Origin: Histomonas meleagridis 2922-C6/04-290x
Lineage: Eukaryota > Protista > Parabasalia
Assembly: GCA_020184695.1 (NCBI GenBank)
Contig: JAANOX010000205.1
Span: 558,001 to 622,000 of the forward strand
Reading direction: 5' to 3'
Length of the DNA stretch: 64,000 nucleotides
Shown: positions 9,763 to 19,779 of the stretch, piece after piece
Numbering within the stretch: position 1 is the first letter of the stretch
Layout of the letters: every line of letters begins with the position of its first letter
Made by a program: the position numbers and the translations under genes
The notes under the pieces: generated by a model
Database searches by the model: none
What the model was told of the DNA's origin: nothing
The model's input: only the letters and a program-made list of their open reading frames with translations

Positions 9763-10376
9763 TTGAAACGGTAAAAGATATTAACGTTCCCCAGAGCGAT
9801 CAAAACCGCTTGCAAGCGGGCATAAAACGGTTTTATTTTACAACACATCACATCCAACATTCAGATTTTTCACATATTAATTTAATAAGTTATTATTTTA
9901 ATGATATCAAAACAAATTACATGAAAACATTTAAACCACGAAAAACATTATAAAACAAAATTATAACAAAAATCGATTAAACAAAATTTAAAGATTATGA
10001 TCACAATAAATCAAATAAAACACAAATTTAAAATAAAAAGAGTATCCAAAGAAAGTCACATAAGGATATGCAATGTTTTTTGATTCAAAAATCCTTCAAG
10101 AATCGAATTTTTCAATTTGAAAAAATGTCAAAAGAAATTATTCATCGAATGAATTTTTCATTTTTTTTTTCACATCAAAGTATATAAAAACAGAAATCGT
10201 ATTCAAAGATTTAATTTCTTTTATAAACGAAAACTTTTTTTTTGACGATGGCTTTGTTCCATTTTTTGTTTTTCGGAGTAAAGCATTCGAATCCGGGTAA
10301 TCCACAGAATGTTTGGGGCACTCCCTCTTTATTCAATAAACCAATCAAATTTCAAAACAGTTCTAAAAACACAAAA

Positions 10377-13300
10377 ATGTCGTGGACTAAATATGAAGAG
10401 AAAGCAACAGCGATTCACCCGTTTACCCCTGCCCAAGACGAACACCTAAAGGTTTTAACTGGTGACCGATTGGAAATCACCGAGAAAAACGGCAGATGGG
10501 TCAAGTGTAAAAATCTCGAGACATCATGTGTCGGTATCTGTCCCATTCAATGTCTTCAAATCGCAAGTCAGAACCCACAAGACAACTTCAGCCTTCTGGG
10601 CGTAGAAGTTCAATATTTATTTGATTACATTTTCAAAACTTATTTCCCAACCAAAAGTCCCAACGAAAACGATATGCACATACTCGACCTTGTCAAGAAA
10701 GTTCAGTCATGTTATCCACCAACAGAATCGACGCGTGTTCAATTAGCATTATCTATCGATGATCTTCGTTCAGCACTTGGACTTACACAGTTCCAACGCG
10801 ATCAATTCGGTAATGTCATTACTACGCACACTACTACCAAATCGTTATTTTCATCTGATTCGTCCAAAGATATAAATAAGACCAAATCAGCGTATACATC
10901 GCAGCTAGAAGTCACGTTAAGTTTCACGTATACATTTAACACTGAACTTCGACTTTGTTTTCGATTATATGATAAGCAAAAGAATGAAGTTTTAAGTGCG
11001 CCAGCCGACATATTTTTACCAGCGAATTGCGAAGAGAAACAAACGCTTAAATTCATTAACATTGAGAAGAATAATTTTTCATCGACCGCAATTGTATGTC
11101 GAGCATTTGGTATCACGAAACCAGGCGAAGGAATCCCCGATTTATATGAATATAAAGGAATTGCAGCATCGATGTTACAACCACCAAAAGATTTCCATAC
11201 AAGTGCTGACCAACATTTACAATTACAATTTCATTCGATGAATGAAATCTCACAAATAGATTCAGTCGATGCAATTCTTAATTCAACATTTGGTGAAAAT
11301 GATATTTCTCCTTTAAGTGTCCAAGTTAATTTTCTTGAGTATATTGATAAAGCTAAGAATGTAACAGAAAGTAATGTAATACCAACTTTAAGTATACCAC
11401 AAAACATTTCTACTTCATTAGATGCTAATTATACATATGTCCGAATACATTTATTACATCATAAAACTAAATTAAAGAAAACACGTGTCGTATTACGTGT
11501 ATTAGATATTGAAAAAAAGGAATATATAAATTGTTTCGAACATACATCAGATCCAAGTGTCTTTCCAAGTGTAGTTCAAAAAGGTTCGACTGATATGAAA
11601 ATTGATGAAATAGCTGCAATTAAATTAGATAAGAATTCCGATTTATCTAAATGGATAATGATATTTGAAGTACAACGACCTAATAAAGGTCAAGTACATC
11701 TTTCATCATATGCTATTGAATCATTATTAAATAATGATAATACATTAAATGAATCAAAAGATAAGAAATTAACATTAAATAAACCTACTGCACAAGTAAT
11801 GACACCAGAAGATTATATTAATCAATTCATTAATACAAAGACTAAATCAACTGGTACTGGTGGTGATTTAAATATATCAATTACTTCTGTATCAACTGAT
11901 TTCACTAAGAACCCAACAATTTATAAGATATTACATTGGAAAGATCATGTACAAGAACTTGAAGAAGATAATGTTGAAACACCTAAAGATATTGAACAAG
12001 TTACATTATCAATATTTATGAATCGAATATTTATAAATTTAGCGGAAATGATGATATCAAAGAATCCAAAACTTGAACAATTTTCGACTAATTTCTTTGT
12101 TAAAACTTTATATGAAATTGATCAAAGTAAGTCACAATTATTTAAATCATTTTTCGATGGATTTATTGAAACCCAATTTAATCCGAATAATACTGTTTTA
12201 TCTAATTTACATACATTATTCATGAAATATATTGCAGATGCATTACCTTCAAGTTCTGATAATAAGAATAATAATAATGGTGATGAATATTCATTAGGTG
12301 ATTGTAAAATATGTTGTCGATGTTTATTCCATATTTTATCAATCATTTCTGCTTCATTAAAGATGAATACTGAAATCAAAAATGAAAATCAATTTAAAGA
12401 ATCAGTTAAAATCATCTTTCAAAGATTAGGTATATTAATGTCAATTGAAGATAAAACTATGATTGTCTTTAAATCATTTGTAGCTCGATCATTTCCAATG
12501 TTATGTGATATAGCTTTAGGTTATTTCCAACAAAATGAACGTATTAAATTAGTCATTGATTTCTTTAATGCTAATGCATTTAAATCTGATACTAATGATG
12601 ATATAGTTAAACAAACACGTGCTAATAAGTTAAGATTAATTAGTGGTTCTGTAGAAGCTCAATTCTTTTCAGAAGAAATAAATCGGAAACAATTATTACC
12701 AATGATTATTAAAGATTTGATAGAATTAAATCAAGGAAACTTTCAACAATTTATATTCCCAATAATTCAAAATATATTTTTCTTATTAAAATCAACTTCT
12801 TCATGTTTCCAAAATGCTATAACACCATTAGCACATTTTTTAGAAGATATCATACAAAACAAAGAAGATTTTAACTTCTTAATATTATTTTTATATTTTT
12901 CAAAGTTAAATATAATTAAAAATACCATCTTAAAATCAAAAGATAAAATTACTACTTATAATTCATTATTAAATATAGTATTAACTGTAGTTAAATCAAA
13001 TCCTCCAACTTATTTATTTTATGTTTGTTCTACTGTATTTACTAATTTAATATCATTTTCTCAAATGCCTGAATTTGATTTTGTACAAAGTACATTAGAT
13101 AAATTAATTGAAATCATTGCAGCATTCTTTAATGAATTCTTACGATTTAATATGTCATTAGATAAATGTGATCAAAACTTCTTCCAACAAATTTATTGTC
13201 CTAATTTAGGACCAATTGCATCAATATTACCAAAATTAATGAAATCTATGTCTCGAAGTAAATTTAGTTCTGATGTCTTTTTACCATTATTCCATTTTTA

Positions 13301-14945
13301 TATTAATCAAGAAGATTCACAAACACGTTCAAGTGTTATAGATAGTTTCCAATTAATATTAGAAAATGATTATAATGATCGTCGTAATTTCTCTCGATCT
13401 GTTAATGCTTGTATCCATGCAATGGATGCTATTAGTAATAGTGAGAATGAGAAACTTTTAGATTTAATTACATTATTTGATCAAACTAAACCTAAAGTTA
13501 AGAAACAAGGTTCAGATTTATTCTTTAATAATTTGAATTTATTTGCACAATATATTTATGATTTAGGTCGATATCCTAATCAAAGACAATATGAAGATGA
13601 ACGTACCACAGCTATTATTTCAGTATTAAATTCATGTCGTAATAATAATGACTTTCAATTATTCCCACATTTTGCTTCTAAATTATATGAATTACATATT
13701 AACTTAGGGAATAAAGTTGAAGCAGCTGAAGCTTTAATCGAATGTAGTAAAATATTAAAATGGGATGATCGAGAACATGTATCTGAAGGTCATGGATTCC
13801 CAGAACAAGAGAAACGAGAACGTAAAAGATTAATATTACATAAAGCTGTCGAATTATATATAGAATCAGAGTTTTATGAAAAGGCTTTAGAAGTATTAGA
13901 AGAATTATTAAAGTATTATCAAGATTATGAAGAAAATCAAATTAAAATATCAGAAGTATATGAATTAGAAAGTAAATGTTATGATTTAATATGTAATCAA
14001 GAACGTAATATATTAAATCGATTTTATGGCGTTAAGTTTTATGGTTCTAAATTCGATACTTATTTCAAAGATAAAACTTTCGTTTATCGAAGAAATGGTT
14101 TCTTTATGAATGATCAAATGATGAGAGATTTAAAGGATAAATTCCCTGAAGCTAAAGTCGATCCTAAACCTCCTTCTGATGAAGATTTAAAGGATCCAAA
14201 TTTATATTATATTTATGTGTTTAATTTAAAGCCAAAAGATTTAGATAATTTCGATTGTTATATGCCTCAAAGTACTTTAATGGTTAAAAGTTGTTGTAAT
14301 ATTCAAGAGTTTTATAGTGAAACTCCAATCCGTATTAAACGTGAAGGGAATTATGGTGAATTTGCTGAATGGCATCGAAATGTTATCACGTATAATACTG
14401 AAATGCCTTTACAAGGGATTGCTAGACGTTCAACAGTGATAAAGACTTCTCCTGTGAAAGTTATGTCACCAATAGAATGCGCTATTTATGATACAAATCA
14501 AAAGACTTTGGAATTAATGCAAAAGGCTTGTATGTATTGGAGATGTATCCGATTTAAGTTGAAATTTAACGCAGTTGCTGTTTCGTCTTTCTCAATGTTA
14601 CAAAATGGTATCGTAAACGCAGCTGTAAATGGTGGTACAAAGATCTTTCAAGAATTGTTCTTGGAAAGCGACTTAAGATTAGAAAAAATTAATCAATTAA
14701 ATGCACAAAAATTAAAGGACGCATTCGCAGATCAATTAAAGGCTGTAAACTTCGCATTACAAGTACATTATATAGTGAAAAGTGCACAATATAATGAATT
14801 ACATCAAAATATTGTAGAGAATTTTGAAGAAATGAAAAAACAAATGGAAAAGGCGATAGGAACAATTAACTTAACTGAAAGAGCTACAATGTTCGAAATT
14901 CCACCAACTGATTTCTTCGAGGCACCGCTAGATAAGGGAGAATAA
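10377..14945 (+). CDS. DOCK-family Rho/Rac GEF (SH3 - C2/DHR1 - DHR2)
   Basis: N-terminal SH3 (AIHPFTPAQDEHLKVLTGDRLEITEKNGRWVKC), C2-like region, DHR2 motifs (LYELHINLGNKVEAAEAL, RFYGVKFYG..FVYR, MSPIECAIYD, GIVNAAVNGG). Likely ATG at 10377. Confidence 0.92.
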   Translation: MSWTKYEEKATAIHPFTPAQDEHLKVLTGDRLEITEKNGRWVKCKNLETSCVGICPIQCLQIASQNPQDNFSLLGVEVQYLFDYIFKTYFPTKSPNENDMHILDLVKKVQSCYPPTESTRVQLALSIDDLRSALGLTQFQRDQFGNVITTHTTTKSLFSSDSSKDINKTKSAYTSQLEVTLSFTYTFNTELRLCFRLYDKQKNEVLSAPADIFLPANCEEKQTLKFINIEKNNFSSTAIVCRAFGITKPGEGIPDLYEYKGIAASMLQPPKDFHTSADQHLQLQFHSMNEISQIDSVDAILNSTFGENDISPLSVQVNFLEYIDKAKNVTESNVIPTLSIPQNISTSLDANYTYVRIHLLHHKTKLKKTRVVLRVLDIEKKEYINCFEHTSDPSVFPSVVQKGSTDMKIDEIAAIKLDKNSDLSKWIMIFEVQRPNKGQVHLSSYAIESLLNNDNTLNESKDKKLTLNKPTAQVMTPEDYINQFINTKTKSTGTGGDLNISITSVSTDFTKNPTIYKILHWKDHVQELEEDNVETPKDIEQVTLSIFMNRIFINLAEMMISKNPKLEQFSTNFFVKTLYEIDQSKSQLFKSFFDGFIETQFNPNNTVLSNLHTLFMKYIADALPSSSDNKNNNNGDEYSLGDCKICCRCLFHILSIISASLKMNTEIKNENQFKESVKIIFQRLGILMSIEDKTMIVFKSFVARSFPMLCDIALGYFQQNERIKLVIDFFNANAFKSDTNDDIVKQTRANKLRLISGSVEAQFFSEEINRKQLLPMIIKDLIELNQGNFQQFIFPIIQNIFFLLKSTSSCFQNAITPLAHFLEDIIQNKEDFNFLILFLYFSKLNIIKNTILKSKDKITTYNSLLNIVLTVVKSNPPTYLFYVCSTVFTNLISFSQMPEFDFVQSTLDKLIEIIAAFFNEFLRFNMSLDKCDQNFFQQIYCPNLGPIASILPKLMKSMSRSKFSSDVFLPLFHFYINQEDSQTRSSVIDSFQLILENDYNDRRNFSRSVNACIHAMDAISNSENEKLLDLITLFDQTKPKVKKQGSDLFFNNLNLFAQYIYDLGRYPNQRQYEDERTTAIISVLNSCRNNNDFQLFPHFASKLYELHINLGNKVEAAEALIECSKILKWDDREHVSEGHGFPEQEKRERKRLILHKAVELYIESEFYEKALEVLEELLKYYQDYEENQIKISEVYELESKCYDLICNQERNILNRFYGVKFYGSKFDTYFKDKTFVYRRNGFFMNDQMMRDLKDKFPEAKVDPKPPSDEDLKDPNLYYIYVFNLKPKDLDNFDCYMPQSTLMVKSCCNIQEFYSETPIRIKREGNYGEFAEWHRNVITYNTEMPLQGIARRSTVIKTSPVKVMSPIECAIYDTNQKTLELMQKACMYWRCIRFKLKFNAVAVSSFSMLQNGIVNAAVNGGTKIFQELFLESDLRLEKINQLNAQKLKDAFADQLKAVNFALQVHYIVKSAQYNELHQNIVENFEEMKKQMEKAIGTINLTERATMFEIPPTDFFEAPLDKGE

Positions 14946-15529
14946 AAATAGCGAAAATATTTAATTACGTTTTGATTCGATTTTGTATTAAGTTTTCGGT
15001 TAGTCGATCGATTGTGAGCTTTACTCATAACTTCTACGTAATTTGTTCGGCATATGAATTGAATATGTTTGTTTGAAAAATCAGCGGTTTTGATCGTTTC
15101 ATAGACAAGCTGTAATAATATGTTGTATATATTAATATCTTAAAGAATTTATTATTGAATACAATAAGTGATATGAAAAAACCATACTGTAACATTTAGA
15201 TAAATTTGAAAATTCAAAGGATGTAAACAATCAAAATATTATCACCTTTAGATAAAATAATTTCTTAATATTTGGGAATGAATTATTGACAGAAATGATT
15301 CATTCAAAATACATCTTCAAATTAATAAGAAATCTATAAGAGAGAATGGACATTTGGTAACATTATTGTGACTTGTGATATGAAAAAACAACTCAGATAT
15401 ACCCCAATATGGAGGCTATATATATACCCTAGGGTAGGAGCAGCTCGAACTGAAATTTTTACCGGTTTTGAAACAAAAAGTTAGCAGAAAGTGAAATGAT
15501 TTTGCTAACTTTATTTTAACATTTGATAG

Positions 15530-15537
15530 AACCGTTT
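15530..15537 (+). promoter_or_regulatory. M3-like (Myb-bound) core promoter motif AACCGTTT
   Basis: Fits the Trichomonas M3 consensus DRCSGTTD, 4 nt before ATG 15542. Similar motifs occur before other starts (7100, 39722, 39738, 52398, 52415). Confidence 0.5.
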
Positions 15538-15541
15538 AAAG

Positions 15542-17350
15542 ATGTCTGATGTATCTGAAGCTAGCGAAATTATCGTAGAAAAATCATCATCAAGTGACAG
15601 CTCAAACTCCGAGTCAGAAAAAGAAAAGGAAAAAGAAGAACCAAAAGTTGTTGAAAAACATGAGCATAAACGTCATCGAACAAAAAATGGTAAAAGACAA
15701 GGTGAATCAGGGGAAAGAAGGAAAAAACATAGAAGGTCAAAAGTTAATCATTCTGACGAAAACCAAAAATCAAATCCACCTTCACAATCGAAACTTCAAG
15801 AAGTTGAAACGCATAAATCATCATCAAGCTCTTCTTCTTCTGATGTTGAATCATCGAAGCCAAAATCAAAAAGTAGCAAAAGAAAGAAAGTCGATTTCAC
15901 ACCAACACGCCAACGACGTGGTAGTGAAGGACGTGTTTCTTTTGCTGTTAATGCTAAAGCACCATCACAAGCTGTAGCCAAAGCCACCAAATCCGAAAAA
16001 CCAGAAAAGTTACCAGATACCCCACATGAAGAACTTAACTCCATCTTTAAAGAAATCATTATGAACCACGATTACATCATAGATCAAATGAAGGAAGCTG
16101 AAAATCAACTCAAATCCAATCCCCGAGATTCTCTTGAATCGCAACATCGTTTCATCAAGGACTTTTTCAACGACCTCCAGAACCGTATTACTGATGCCGC
16201 TACCACATTCACCCAAAAAGTCGATGAACGCCAAAAAGAAGTTATTGAAATTGGAAATCAACTCAAAATCATTGAAAGCCAATTCAAAGCAGCACGTGAC
16301 GAATCCCTAGAAACAGCTCTTGACCGTACACGCGGTGCATTTCCCTCATCAAAAATTTCCGAAATGCCAAAACTGCAAACGGTCTCCAAACCGTCGACCA
16401 TTTATTTGTTTCCTTACAATGTACGAATCCGAAGCAAGATAACACCACCATTAAAGAGCATTGAGAACCTTTCTGTTAGTGACTTAATAAAAGTTACTGA
16501 CGAACCTAAAAAACAAAAGTTCCAATCTCCATTAGATTTCTTTTCACCAAAACACATATATCAAAAATGCGATCCATTTGCGCCAGTGAGCATTATAGAG
16601 ACTCGCGCTATGTATGTTCCAGATAATATGGTGCTCGATGAATTTGCACCAGATAATGATAACTCGGAAACATCTGATGAAAACGCAGAACCTAAACCAC
16701 AACAACAAAATGTTGCGGAGGAAGTGAAAGAAAATGAAAACGAAGAATCAAAAGGAAGAAAAGGCAAAAAGAAAATTATTAAGAAAAATAATTCTAATAA
16801 TAATAACAAAGACAAAAGAGAAGCAAAGAAACCAAAGAAAAGACTCGGTAAAAAGAAACACGAAGAAGAAAAGGATAAAAAAGTTGAAGAAGAACGTAAA
16901 ATCGAAGAAGAGCAAAAAATTGCTGAAGAAAAGAGAATCGAAGAACAGCAAAAGGCTGAAGAAGAGCAGAAAATTGCTGAAGAACAAAAAGCTGAAGAAG
17001 AACAGAAAGTTGCTGAAGAGCATAAAGCTGAAGAAGAGCAGAAAATTGCTGAAGAACAAAAAGCTGAAGAAGAACAGAAAGTTGCTGAAGAGCATAAAGC
17101 TGAAGAAGAGCAGAAAATTGCTGAAGAACAAAAAGCTGAAGAAGAGCAGAAAGTTGCTGAGGAAGAGCACGAAGATGAAGAAGAGAATGACGAGAAAAGC
17201 CAAAAAGAAACTTCAGCTGATGAAGAAAACAAATCGGATGATAATGAAAATGAGAATTCGACGTCATCTGATAACTCGTCGTCTTCGGATGACTCTTCGT
17301 CCTCAGGTTCAAGTGGAACAAGCAGCGACGACAGCGATTCTGATGAGTAA
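15542..17350 (+). CDS. Low-complexity S/K/E-rich hypothetical protein with central coiled coil
   Basis: 602-aa ORF; M3-like AACCGTTT immediately upstream of the ATG; stop lies in a TAAA context. Confidence 0.85.
   Translation: MSDVSEASEIIVEKSSSSDSSNSESEKEKEKEEPKVVEKHEHKRHRTKNGKRQGESGERRKKHRRSKVNHSDENQKSNPPSQSKLQEVETHKSSSSSSSSDVESSKPKSKSSKRKKVDFTPTRQRRGSEGRVSFAVNAKAPSQAVAKATKSEKPEKLPDTPHEELNSIFKEIIMNHDYIIDQMKEAENQLKSNPRDSLESQHRFIKDFFNDLQNRITDAATTFTQKVDERQKEVIEIGNQLKIIESQFKAARDESLETALDRTRGAFPSSKISEMPKLQTVSKPSTIYLFPYNVRIRSKITPPLKSIENLSVSDLIKVTDEPKKQKFQSPLDFFSPKHIYQKCDPFAPVSIIETRAMYVPDNMVLDEFAPDNDNSETSDENAEPKPQQQNVAEEVKENENEESKGRKGKKKIIKKNNSNNNNKDKREAKKPKKRLGKKKHEEEKDKKVEEERKIEEEQKIAEEKRIEEQQKAEEEQKIAEEQKAEEEQKVAEEHKAEEEQKIAEEQKAEEEQKVAEEHKAEEEQKIAEEQKAEEEQKVAEEEHEDEEENDEKSQKETSADEENKSDDNENENSTSSDNSSSSDDSSSSGSSGTSSDDSDSDE
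16955..17165 (+). repeat. 72-bp coding tandem repeat (AEEEQKIAEEQKAEEEQKVAEEHK), about 3 copies
   Basis: Near-identical units start at 16955, 17027 and 17099. Confidence 0.92.
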
Positions 17351-17797
17351 ATTTAATTTTTGAACATTTTTAATCAAATTCCAAACAATTTTTTATGGGG
17401 CAAATGCACTTTTCCCATACCAGATATTTTTTAGTAAAAAATTTTATTGTTAAAATTGTTTTTATAAAAAATTATAAAGATGAAAAGTTATTATCGTTTA
17501 TGACTTATTTAATTTTTTATTGACATTTTTGTAGATACATCAATAAAAAAATTATTCATTATTTTACTTTTGAAATTATTTAACTAATAATAACTAGATG
17601 TGAAACCATGAAATAAAATTGTTACTCCGATACAAATTATTTGTTTTTTTTTTAATGGATATCATAATTTATTAAAATGATTTCATCTTCATAATGAGTG
17701 TTTTTCCTATTTACAACTTTGTCAATTTTCGTACCAGAGATATTTATATTCAATTTTTTATGTCATTTATTTCTATTCAATTTATCCTCTTTGGGAA

Positions 17798-19462
17798 ATG
17801 GAAGAATCGAAGCCCACAGAATTATTCGGGTGTGGGGAATATGCGATTCACCAACCAAAAAGCGGACCTCCATCTCTTTATAAGTTTGTAAACCAAAAAA
17901 TTCAAAACGTTGATATCAATTTTCCCGAAAATCTTCATATTGAAAAAATAATTGAAACATCTAATGATGAATCAGGCTTACCTGGGTTTGCGTTGATGTC
18001 AGAAAGTAATTCATATTTTTTATCATTTTATAGTATGTCTTTTGAAGAAATCCCAAGTTATAACGATTTATCCAAAGTTGCAATTTTTGACCAGTTCCAG
18101 CAAATTGAAATCAGAGGCGATGAGTTGATTCATATTCAATTAGATACAAAGATATGCAATGTTCCACCAGATTCAATCATAATTTGTTCTAACCCATCAC
18201 GAGCATTACTAATATCTAAAGCTATTCCATTTTCCTTAATAATAACTCCAAAGAAAACAATTAATTTTCCTCAGGGATTTTCAATTAAAATGGAATGTGC
18301 CACATTTTTTGATGACAACTCTGTAGCGTTTTCAACAAATGATGGGTACGTTCATTTGTATTCTTTAAATTCAGAAATCAAATCAGTGAAAGTTGGTTTC
18401 TCAATTATCCGGATCGATTATGCCAATTTAGATTGCTTCGAACAAATGTTTGTTTGCTTAAGCGCAGATCACCAACTTTTTGGGATTCATTTTCTTTCAT
18501 CCACAATCACAAAATTATCTGAAAACATTCTTGATTTTTGTATAATTCATTCTCCCTTTGATCAAATTGTTATTGAAAACACGAACAGTGAAATATCTTT
18601 ACTAAATGTTAATGAAATCGAACCAATTAATCAGACGATACATTCAATCATAAATGCTCTTGATTCGCGAGTTTTGACTGGAATTTCACAGTTGTCTGAC
18701 CAAAGGTCTCGTTTAGCGCTACGTAAGAATCTTATCGATGGAAAAAACCAAATTTTTCCTCCGATGATAACATTGTTTGGATCTCCTCCCGAAGAAGAAA
18801 AAGATGAAAGCGAGGACTCACAGCAATTGTTTTGGGTTGAAAACGCAGAAGGACTTAGTTTTGATATCTGTTGTAATAATCAATTTCCTCATCCTTTAGA
18901 TGTTTTCTTATCTTCCAAAAGTTGTTCTTTTATATGCAGCTGTATGATTTTGCCTATAGATGAACAACGAATTCATGTTGTTTGTCAAATTGTACTTGAA
19001 AGCATGAAACAAGTTGATTCATTTCAAGTGTTTCTAAAGTTTGACGAACAAGTTTCATACGTTGACTCTGTTTGTTTTTCAATTCAAGATTTAGTTAACC
19101 AAAAGTTTATTGAACGAATTAATGAGTCATATTTTGTTTCATTTCCAAATGAACTTGGAGTAATACAATATCCACCTAACTCGGAGATCATTGACAATGG
19201 CATAATTGTTCACATTGTCTCCGACAACTGTAGGAACTTCGAAAAGGAGTCTATGTCCATAAAGTATTCTCTTCCAGAGGATTCGAAATTTGTCAAAAAT
19301 CAGAATTTACAAAAAGTGCTATCGGCTGCTAAGGAAATTATTCGACAAATTGAACAGTTTATACAGGTAATACTTTTCGATGGGAACCAAGAAATTGATG
19401 CGAAATACATCAAAATTCAGAGAGCTTCTATTGAAGAACTTTTTTCATCGATCATTTGGTGA
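17798..19462 (+). CDS. Hypothetical protein (possible N-terminal beta-propeller)
   Basis: 554-aa ORF with short beta-strand-like segments (VAFSTNDGYVHLY); family not recognised. Confidence 0.8.
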   Translation: MEESKPTELFGCGEYAIHQPKSGPPSLYKFVNQKIQNVDINFPENLHIEKIIETSNDESGLPGFALMSESNSYFLSFYSMSFEEIPSYNDLSKVAIFDQFQQIEIRGDELIHIQLDTKICNVPPDSIIICSNPSRALLISKAIPFSLIITPKKTINFPQGFSIKMECATFFDDNSVAFSTNDGYVHLYSLNSEIKSVKVGFSIIRIDYANLDCFEQMFVCLSADHQLFGIHFLSSTITKLSENILDFCIIHSPFDQIVIENTNSEISLLNVNEIEPINQTIHSIINALDSRVLTGISQLSDQRSRLALRKNLIDGKNQIFPPMITLFGSPPEEEKDESEDSQQLFWVENAEGLSFDICCNNQFPHPLDVFLSSKSCSFICSCMILPIDEQRIHVVCQIVLESMKQVDSFQVFLKFDEQVSYVDSVCFSIQDLVNQKFIERINESYFVSFPNELGVIQYPPNSEIIDNGIIVHIVSDNCRNFEKESMSIKYSLPEDSKFVKNQNLQKVLSAAKEIIRQIEQFIQVILFDGNQEIDAKYIKIQRASIEELFSSIIW

Positions 19463-19779
19463 TCATTGATTTTCATTACTACAAGAAACATAAGCACACA
19501 ATGGTTTTAAAAAGCACGTCATTACACTATGATTGTTTATATTTAATAAATTTTTTTAAAAAAGTATTTTTTTAATCTATTCATACAAAATCATGTCCAC
19601 ATAATTATGTATGTTCAACATATAATAATTCATCACACTATGAATAAATGAATCACCAAAGAGCGATAAAAATAACAACAGATGAATTTTATTAAATATA
19701 TATTTTAATATTGTTATTAATGATAAAATTTTGGTTTTACTCTATTTCCCATTCCTTAAAAAATTATAAAATTTATAAC

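Noticed and set aside
15594-17363. Overlapping alternative-frame and antisense ORFs (K/L-, F/S/C-, F/L-rich)
   Set aside because: Shadows of the low-complexity E/K repeat gene.
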